From contig CAVVOP010000022.1 of assembly GCA_963749915.1 (NCBI GenBank), positions 160,001 to 224,000 on the forward strand: a stretch of DNA of 64,000 nt. Direction: 5' to 3'. The notes under the pieces were generated by a model. It searched no databases, was not told where the DNA came from, and saw only the letters and a program-made list of their open reading frames with translations. The translations under genes and the position numbers were made by a program. Positions 1 to 6,589 of the stretch are shown piece after piece. The DNA is from an uncultured cyanobacterium (GTDB lineage: Bacteria; Cyanobacteriota; Cyanobacteriia; Cyanobacteriales; Cyanobacteriaceae). Position 1 is the stretch's first letter, and each line of letters starts with the position of its first letter.

Positions 1-525
1 TCCTGACAAATTAATAGGCATATTAACAACTTCTACCTCTTTATTTTGACGGTAAATTTCTACTTGTTTTTCTTGAGGATTAATCAACCAGCCCAGTCTT
101 AAACCTGAATCTAAATATTCAAGCATTTTTTCTTGTAATGGTTTTAATCTGTCGCTTTTTGACCTTAATTCAATCACAAAATCAGGACAAATAGGCGGAA
201 ATCCTTCCTTTTCTTCTGAGGTTAATTTTTCCCATTTTTCTAAAGATACCCATGCCACATCAGGAGAGCGATCTCCACCATTCGGTAAACTGAAAATAGT
301 TGATGAGCTAAAAACTGCACCTAATTTAGTTTCTTCATTCCACAAACTAATTTGAAAATTTAAACGAGACTCTTTTCTACCACTTTCACCACCGACTGGT
401 GACATAATTATTAATTCTCCTTGAGGATTTCTCTCTAATTGTAATTCGGGATTGTTGAGACAAAGTTGATAGAATTGTTCTCTCCTTAGAGAGGTAATAG
501 ACTCAAGATTTAAAACTGTAGTCAT
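1..525 (-). CDS. Uma2 (DUF820) family putative endonuclease, 3' end runs off the window
   Basis: Manual translation from ATG at 525: MTTVLNLESITSLRREQFYQLCLNNPELQLERNPQGELIIMSPVGGESG..., later RSPDVAW and CPDFVIELRS motifs. Confidence 0.85.
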   Translation of the reverse strand, partial: MTTVLNLESITSLRREQFYQLCLNNPELQLERNPQGELIIMSPVGGESGRKESRLNFQISLWNEETKLGAVFSSSTIFSLPNGGDRSPDVAWVSLEKWEKLTSEEKEGFPPICPDFVIELRSKSDRLKPLQEKMLEYLDSGLRLGWLINPQEKQVEIYRQNKEVEVVNMPINLSG

Positions 526-610
526 GGACTTAATTTAGTTCCTCTAGTTGTCAATTAATTGTAACAACTCCCATAGCCTCTTACTAACTTGAAAATAGAT
601 TTTCATGTTA

Positions 611-697
611 ATGAGAAGTGTGGGGAGTGTGGGGAGTGTGGGAAGTATGGGATTTTTCTTCCCCATCTTCCCCATCTTCCCCCTCTTCCCTATCCTT
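611..697. repeat. Dispersed G-rich/C-rich 9-mer tandem repeat element, copy 1
   Basis: (AGTGTGGGG/A)n followed by (CTTCCCCAT/CT)n; related copy at 28546-28707. Confidence 0.8.
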
Positions 698-959
698 GTC
701 ACAACACATAATTATTCAAATCCCTCGCAGTATTGATTGGGGGTGTTAGGTTCTATAGAAGCACAACTGAAAACTCAAACTGAAGCGAAGGAGAATCCAG
801 CCGTGGACTTGAGCTTAGAAGCAGCCCGTCAAATAGAACATCAGGATTAGGACAGAGCAAAAAGTTTTTTCCGTTGCCATAATTTAATCAAATGACGGTT
901 AGCGTTATTATAACGCGAATCAATTCCCTTTTTTAGTATAGCAATGGCCAATATTATTA

Positions 960-996
960 GGCGATCCGCGAGCGGATCTGGCGAAGCCAGTGCGCC
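960..996. repeat. GC-rich double-hairpin (REP-like) palindrome
   Basis: GGCG-ATCCGCGAGCGGAT-CTGGCGAAGCCAG-TG-CGCC in an AT-rich intergenic region. Confidence 0.5.
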
Positions 997-1104
997 CTCT
1001 TTGTAAAACCAAGAGCAATTAAGGATTTATACTCAAGTCAACTTCAATTTCCTAATTACTGAATCGGTGTTCTAGTTCCCTGGTCTTTCCCCGAAATCTA
1101 AACC

Positions 1105-1890
1105 CTAATTACCATCGGGACTAGCTTCAATTTGATTCGTTAAAGTTCCAATACTTTCAATTTCAACATTCACCGTATCCCCTACGGTCAAGGGTTCAAC
1201 ACCTTCGGGAGTACCTGTTAAAATGACGTCCCCCGGTAATAATGTCATAATCTGGGAAATATAAGCCACTAATTGTTCAGGAGAAAATACCATATTTGAT
1301 AATAGTGTGGATTGTTTTGGTGGTTGTTCTTCATTGACAATCGTCGTTAATCTCGCCCCTGAAGTCAGTTCTCTCACGATCCAAGGACCCAATGGGCAAA
1401 AAGTATCAAATCCCTTCGACCTGGTCCACTGACCATCTTTGTTTTGTAAATCTCTGGCGGTTACGTCATTAGCGATCGTATAACCCCAAATTTTATTTTT
1501 TGCTCCCTCTACAGTACAATTTTTTGTGCGATCGCCTATTACTAGGGCTAATTCTCCCTCAAAATCAACCCTTTGAGACTGTTTTGGATAGATAATTTTT
1601 TGTTTGTGAGCAATAACTGCTGAAGAAGGCTTCAGGAAAATCAAAGGCTCTTTTGGCACATCTCCTCCCATTTCCGCCGCATGAGCCACATAATTCTTTC
1701 CTACCGCTACAATCTTAGAAGGTGCACAAGGTGCTAATAAATGATATTCAGATTCCCTTAAAATCTGATCCGTCACCTTACCCTTTAACCAAGGGGGTGC
1801 ATCTAAAACTTCGACTGTGCCATTGAGCTGTAATTTACCATAGTAGATTTGACCACTGGTAGTTCTTACCCTCACATAACGTTGTGCCAT
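1105..1890 (-). CDS. Fumarylacetoacetate hydrolase family protein
   Basis: KIVAVGKNY, DFEGEL, NDVTARD, KGFDTFCPLGP, GDVILTGTP motifs. Confidence 0.9.
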   Translation of the reverse strand: MAQRYVRVRTTSGQIYYGKLQLNGTVEVLDAPPWLKGKVTDQILRESEYHLLAPCAPSKIVAVGKNYVAHAAEMGGDVPKEPLIFLKPSSAVIAHKQKIIYPKQSQRVDFEGELALVIGDRTKNCTVEGAKNKIWGYTIANDVTARDLQNKDGQWTRSKGFDTFCPLGPWIVRELTSGARLTTIVNEEQPPKQSTLLSNMVFSPEQLVAYISQIMTLLPGDVILTGTPEGVEPLTVGDTVNVEIESIGTLTNQIEASPDGN

Positions 1891-2024
1891 AATAACAAAT
1901 TTTGAATTTGAGATTGATTATAAAAAATTTTGCAATAATTTCTTTTTCTGTTATAAATATATAAGCAATATTGCTAAAAAGTATCAATCAATTTGTTTCT
2001 GAAGATACCGTAAAGCATAAAAAA

Positions 2025-2067
2025 CCTTGCTTCTCAGGTTGTGGGAAGCCATTTTAGTCCAAAAGGA
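2025..2067 (+). promoter_or_regulatory. Candidate rpsF (S6:S18) ribosomal protein leader
   Basis: CCTT at 2025 can pair with AAGG of the Shine-Dalgarno at 2063; inner hairpin GCTTCTC/GGGAAGC is followed by CCA. Confidence 0.45.
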
Positions 2068-2078
2068 AAAAAATACAG

Positions 2079-2564
2079 ATGTCCAATACTTACGAAATGA
2101 TGTTTATTTTGCGTCCTGATTTAACTCATGATCAAGTAAACAAACAATTACACAAATATCGTGACTTACTTAAACAAAATGGAGCAGAAAAAGTCTCTAT
2201 TGAAATTTGGGGTAAACGTCGTTTAGCATATCAAATTCTGAAATTTCAAGACGGTATCTACGTTTTAACTCATTACACCGGAGACGGTAGTCAAGTAGCC
2301 ATCATCGAAAGGGATATGCGCTTAAGTGAAACCGTAATTCGCTATCTCACAATGAAAGTAGATAAAAATTTTGAATTTGAAGAAAAAGATATTCCTGAAT
2401 TGCAAGCAATACCTGTAACTACTCCTGTGGGAGCACCTATTCCACAAGCAGAAGCGAAAGTTGAAATCAAAACCGAAGCCCCAATGGTAGAAGAATCGAC
2501 TCCTAAAGATGATCTCCCAGGGGAAGAAGTCCAAACAAAAGAAATCATAGAGCTGGAAGCCTAA
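2079..2564 (+). CDS. rpsF: 30S ribosomal protein S6 with acidic C-terminal extension
   Basis: YEMMFILRPDL, WGKRRLAY, VIRYL motifs. Confidence 0.95.
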   Translation: MSNTYEMMFILRPDLTHDQVNKQLHKYRDLLKQNGAEKVSIEIWGKRRLAYQILKFQDGIYVLTHYTGDGSQVAIIERDMRLSETVIRYLTMKVDKNFEFEEKDIPELQAIPVTTPVGAPIPQAEAKVEIKTEAPMVEESTPKDDLPGEEVQTKEIIELEA

Positions 2565-2592
2565 ATTCCCTGTTGATGGAGGATAAAATAGC

Positions 2593-2949
2593 TTGATCAA
2601 AAAAGGTGAGGGTTGGCGGGTTGGATGGCAAGAAAAAGTAAAGACTTATCAAGGCTTAATCGGTGCTGAACATTGGGCGATGGAATTAACGGCGGCTGAA
2701 ATGGTTGATTTTCGTCGTCTTTTCTCACAAATTCATCAAGGAATGATGGACGTCAGTAAACACCTCATGGAAGGAGAAATTATCCTCTGTGAGGCGGAAA
2801 GTGATTTGATGTGGCTGGGTGCGGAAGGATACCCCCATAACTATTCTCTCCGCATTATTCTTCATCATCATCGAGGCTGTGAAGGTACTTGGTCAGGAAA
2901 TGTAACTCAAGATCTGATTCAAGCTATTCAATCTTTAGAACTTTTTTAA
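2593..2949 (+). CDS. Conserved cyanobacterial protein (DUF1818-like)
   Basis: GEGWRVGW...LIGAEHWAMELT...RGCEGTW pattern. Confidence 0.7.
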   Translation: MIKKGEGWRVGWQEKVKTYQGLIGAEHWAMELTAAEMVDFRRLFSQIHQGMMDVSKHLMEGEIILCEAESDLMWLGAEGYPHNYSLRIILHHHRGCEGTWSGNVTQDLIQAIQSLELF

Positions 2950-2950
2950 C

Positions 2951-2979
2951 TTGACAAGGATAAAGATTATTGTTACAAT
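2951..2979 (+). promoter_or_regulatory. Sigma70 promoter of tRNA-Pro
   Basis: TTGACA (2951-2956)-N17-TACAAT (2974-2979) with extended -10 TG. Confidence 0.75.
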
Positions 2980-2996
2980 GGGGAGTCATTGGTAAA

Positions 2997-3070
2997 CGGG
3001 GCGTAGCGCAGCTTGGTAGCGCACCACTTTGGGGTAGTGGGGGTCGTGGGTTCAAATCCCGCCGCTCCGA
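2997..3070 (+). tRNA. trnP: tRNA-Pro(GGG), attachment site of the CAST
   Basis: Cloverleaf; anticodon arm CCACT-TTGGGGT-AGTGG; T arm GGTTCAAATCC; CCA not encoded. Confidence 0.97.
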
Positions 3071-3079
3071 TTTATGTTT

Positions 3080-3146
3080 TGTACATTCAATAATTAATTG
3101 TCGTTGTTCACACATTATTGTCGCTGTTTAACAAAATAATTTCGTT
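3080..3146 (+). mobile_element. CAST left end (tRNA-proximal) with three tandem TnsB-binding sites
   Basis: TGTACA terminus, then ...AATTGTCGTT, ...TATTGTCGCT, ...AATTTCGTT; inverted match to 18092-18137. Confidence 0.9.
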
Positions 3147-3256
3147 AAGTAATTTTTTTGTTGAACTTAGCATGTTCTTTATATTACGTCACATAGAAAT
3201 TCTGCAATACCTTGTTTGTTCGCAGGATTTCATAACTGTGTTAAAAGAGGATACAA

Positions 3257-3283
3257 ACCCCAAAGTCGTGCGCCTTTCAATCT
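3257..3283 (-). CRISPR. Delocalized truncated repeat plus 17-nt homing spacer against tRNA-Pro
   Basis: Minus strand AGATTGAAAG + GCGCACGACTTTGGGGT; 16/17 match to 3019-3035, which follows PAM GGTA. Confidence 0.92.
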
Positions 3284-3473
3284 TACTCACACTTTAAATC
3301 ATATCATTTTCTGAAGATAGATGTGAAATAAAATATGTCTATTCCCAATTTTCCTTTTTTCCACAAGCTACTTTTCTCGCTTTCAATACTCTATCCATAT
3401 CTATCAATCTACACAAAATACGAACAAGAATGTAAGAACACATACAGTTATTGTTTTATGCTTGAAGCATCCC

Positions 3474-3728
3474 CTCTCAATCTACAAAACACTAATTAGA
3501 GCATTTAAACCTTATTGGAGCAATTAGAAACAAGTATTCTGAACACTTTCAATCTACCAAACACTAATCAGAGTATTGAAACGAAAAGGTATCTGAATTT
3601 ATTTATCGAAGGGTCGCTCTTTCAATCTACCAAACACTAATCAGAGTATTGAAACCAAATAAAGATTTAGTTAAAAAAGCGGTAGAAAAAACTTTCAATC
3701 TACCAAACACTAATCAGAGTATTGAAAC
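3474..3728 (-). CRISPR. Type V-K CRISPR array, 37-nt repeat GTTTCAATACTCTGATTAGTGTTTGGTAGATTGAAAG
   Basis: Perfect repeats at 3692-3728, 3619-3655, 3546-3582; 5-mismatch repeat at 3474-3510; spacers 36, 36, 35 nt; further relic repeat at 3401-3437. Confidence 0.95.
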
Positions 3729-3929
3729 TTTACACGCTCAAAGCAACTCACTGAAGGCTTCTCTAACTCAATTTTGACGAACCTATTAAAATTCGGGACA
3801 AAATCAACTTGATTGACCTAAGTTTTTTTAAGTAACACTAAAATAAGTGCCACTCTGTATGATTTTGGCGTTTTTGACGAACCTCCTAGGGAATTTAACC
3901 TCGCTATAGGTTGGTCAAAATTAGTGTGA

Positions 3930-4246
3930 AGTAAGATTCCTTCGGTGAAGAAGGTGATTCAGTAACCATCTCTGTAGTCATCCACATCCTCATTAGAGGA
4001 CTAAGCTCAGAAATAACCTTATTCTTTGCTTTACTTCTTATTGCTGGGAGCGTACCTAACCGATAGAATATAGATAGCATTATCATTTTCTGTCAATATT
4101 TCCTTTCTCTGAGCAAGGTTCAGAGATCGCAGCCTCAGAAGTGGACAGTTACTAGGGTCAGAAAGAATAACTATTGCTTAATAGTCAAACTAACCCACTT
4201 TTTTCACAGTGCAGAGGTTTTGTCTAAACATGGACTGCGACGCTAA
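3930..4246 (-). ncRNA. Cas12k tracrRNA (boundaries approximate)
   Basis: V-K tracr-like blocks on the minus strand: GGGTTAGTTTGACT, CTTTCTGACCCTAGTAACTG, TAGGTACGCTCCCAGCAATAAG, TACTGAATCACC; lies between cas12k and the array. Confidence 0.85.
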
Positions 4247-4251
4247 CTCTT

Positions 4252-4281
4252 ATGTTAATAGTTATGTACTGATTTTGTCAA
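4252..4281 (-). promoter_or_regulatory. Putative tracrRNA promoter
   Basis: TTGACA (4281-4276)-N18-TAACAT (4257-4252) directly upstream of the tracr 5' block. Confidence 0.6.
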
Positions 4282-4296
4282 GGTACTCGGAAAAAT

Positions 4297-6186
4297 TTAG
4301 GCAGATTTTTCCAAGCGACAATTATAACTATTGAGTGCTGTGGTTTTGGCTTTTTCTTGAGGTGTTCCCGATTTAGGTTGGCTGCCAAACTCGATTGCGA
4401 TTCCTTCTTGAGAAGCTAACTGACTAATATATTCGGTTAGTCGGCTATAACTCCACTGGTGTATGTTTTTGCGGTATTCTTTGGCATATTTTTTCTGTGC
4501 TTTCTTGTAACCCATGATTTTAGTTTCTGCTTTGGCTTGAACTTCGCTCAGGATACTTTCTTTGATGTTAGTTAACTTTGGTAAAACAATACTTTGTGCT
4601 TGATAAAATTTAGCCGTTTGTACGATCGCCCTAGCGATTAATCGATCGATGTATTCTCCAAGGTTAGACTCCCCTTTGTTGCTGAATTTGTCTTGTTTTT
4701 GGGGGTGATGTCTTTGCTTAGAAAGTTTGATTTTTTGTTGCCGTTGACGATTGAGAAGTGAATAGTTGTCGCCTAAAAGTTGCTTGATACTTCGATAGAC
4801 GATCGCATCTTGAGTTATTACATTGACAACAGCTACAGTAGCAGGTTTTTGTAATCCAAAACTGACTCCCAGAATAATATTTGGATTTCCCTGATAAACT
4901 TTTTTGTGTGGGCGTGGATAAGAGGTATTAATTCTAGCTAAACTAGATTCTTTTCGTTTTTGATCTGCTAACTGATTGGGAGTAAGTTCTGATTTTTCTT
5001 GATGTTTATCGATTTTTTCTTTTGTCTTTTGGCTTTTTTCTTGTGCTATTTGGTTTGTGCCTTCGGCAGTCCAAAAACGGGTATCAATGGAACATTGTAA
5101 ATATAGTTTGTGAACTTCCCAAGGATTTCCCTTTCCTTGTTCTTCACGCCATAATATTCTGGCAGAACGAAGAGTAAATAAAGCACTACTATATTTACTG
5201 GAATCTTGTTTATAAGTTTGTTGATCTTCCCAAAAACGTTGAAACCAATGAAGCTGACGACGATCGCATCTTAGTTCAAATTGATGTTTACTTAGACCAT
5301 TGAATTTGACTAATAAATGTCCTCGTTGATCTTGTATCCAAGTTAAATCGATATTAGTTTCATAGGCGATAGGATAGGGAATAACTGGAGATTTTTTCAA
5401 AAGACGACTTTGCCACTCAGATGCTTCTTCTTCTGTTTCGGGAACTTTGTCAGATGTGATCGTCAAGGTTTCTAACCATTTGTCTTGGGTTAAATCTCTG
5501 CCTTGGGGAAGTCTATTTTCCAGTTGTTGTTGATGTCTTTCGATTTCAATTTCCTTTTTTCTACGATATTGTTGGAATTGCTTTATGTCTTCAATTTCAT
5601 CGGGTATTTGACATTGATTTTTAAGTAGGTAGGCAATGGCACATCGATCAAGAATGTCTGTTCGTAACTCGTATTCATTCATAAAATGTTGGAACAAATC
5701 ATTGTCTTTTTTTTGTTTCTTCTTTTTTCCTTGTTTGTCTGACTTTAGGTTATTTTGAGCTTCTTTGAGTATTTTGTGGGCTTGATCGACAATTTTTTCA
5801 ATATTACTCCCTGATATTGCTTCTAACTCAGCATCACTTTTGAGAATATTAAGCCATCTCTGTTTACCTTCTATTTTTCTTTGTAGTCTAGCTTGAACGG
5901 CAAACCATGATTTGTATATGTAATGGGTAAGAGCGATCGCACTGGTAAAAAAACGTCCTGGTTGATTTTGATACTGGGGTAAATCCCTTAAAGGTTGGCA
6001 TATATCCTTAATTGGTTTTTGAGATATTTTTTTTGTCTTGAACCATTCTTCAAATTCTTCATGATGAGAGACTCTATAGAGTAATTCGTTAACAAGGGGG
6101 GTATTTTTTTCGCTCATCAGTTTCCAAAGATAACGCAGTGAGTCTGACGGAGCATATAAGCGACATTCAATAGTTTTCTGGCTCAT
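4297..6186 (-). CDS. cas12k: Type V-K effector Cas12k (C2c5); likely start ATG 6186, ORF track extends to 6204
   Basis: MSQKTIECRL N-terminus, KNTPLVNELL, QPGRF, RRQLHWFQRF; inactive RuvC (GVSFG, IVLPK); HQWSYSRL; GAGG SD at 6196-6199. Confidence 0.96.
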   Translation of the reverse strand: MSQKTIECRLYAPSDSLRYLWKLMSEKNTPLVNELLYRVSHHEEFEEWFKTKKISQKPIKDICQPLRDLPQYQNQPGRFFTSAIALTHYIYKSWFAVQARLQRKIEGKQRWLNILKSDAELEAISGSNIEKIVDQAHKILKEAQNNLKSDKQGKKKKQKKDNDLFQHFMNEYELRTDILDRCAIAYLLKNQCQIPDEIEDIKQFQQYRRKKEIEIERHQQQLENRLPQGRDLTQDKWLETLTITSDKVPETEEEASEWQSRLLKKSPVIPYPIAYETNIDLTWIQDQRGHLLVKFNGLSKHQFELRCDRRQLHWFQRFWEDQQTYKQDSSKYSSALFTLRSARILWREEQGKGNPWEVHKLYLQCSIDTRFWTAEGTNQIAQEKSQKTKEKIDKHQEKSELTPNQLADQKRKESSLARINTSYPRPHKKVYQGNPNIILGVSFGLQKPATVAVVNVITQDAIVYRSIKQLLGDNYSLLNRQRQQKIKLSKQRHHPQKQDKFSNKGESNLGEYIDRLIARAIVQTAKFYQAQSIVLPKLTNIKESILSEVQAKAETKIMGYKKAQKKYAKEYRKNIHQWSYSRLTEYISQLASQEGIAIEFGSQPKSGTPQEKAKTTALNSYNCRLEKSA

Positions 6187-6327
6187 AATTTTTATCCTCA
6201 ACAAGAGACTAAATCTAATATAGCATGACCAAAGATGTTAATTAGTGGCTAATAAGTGGCAATAACTAGAATCAGATCTTTTCGTTATAGGATCGATAAA
6301 GTATAAAGAAAAACTAATGAGAGAGTA

Positions 6328-6495
6328 ATGACAAAGAGAGTGTATTTAACACTAGCGGATAAGGTTTATGATGCGTTGGAAAGGTGGGCAAATGATCAGG
6401 GGCGCCCCGTTGCCAATTTAGCCGCCTATTTGGTGGAAAGGGCGATCGAAGATGCTGAAAATGAGGGGAAAATACCTCCCTTGACTAAAAAATAA
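6328..6495 (+). CDS. 55-aa Arc/CopG-like ribbon-helix-helix regulator divergent from cas12k (absent from ORF track)
   Basis: MTKRVYLTLADKVYDALERWANDQGRPVANLAAYLVERAIEDAENEGKIPPLTKK; beta-strand-helix-helix pattern. Confidence 0.85.
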   Translation: MTKRVYLTLADKVYDALERWANDQGRPVANLAAYLVERAIEDAENEGKIPPLTKK

Positions 6496-6589
6496 GGAAA
6501 TTTTTGTTTTCAGATGGGAAAAATGCTTTGTATCTTTGGTAAAATTCTATTTCTACGGTTGTTAGGCACAAACATAAAAAGTCTTTAAA

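Noticed and set aside
737..880. Short ORFs on both strands (about 38 and 21 aa) in the Uma2-FAH intergenic region
   Set aside because: No SD or recognizable family; cannot be supported
2924..3115. 63-aa minus-strand ORF
   Set aside because: Antisense translation of tRNA-Pro and the transposon end
3904..4086. 60-aa ORF between cas12k and the array
   Set aside because: Lies within conserved tracrRNA blocks and shows no protein motif
4297..6186. Interference-competent Cas12 or TnpB nuclease
   Set aside because: RuvC acidic residues are substituted and the gene sits with tnsBC/tniQ, as expected for Cas12k
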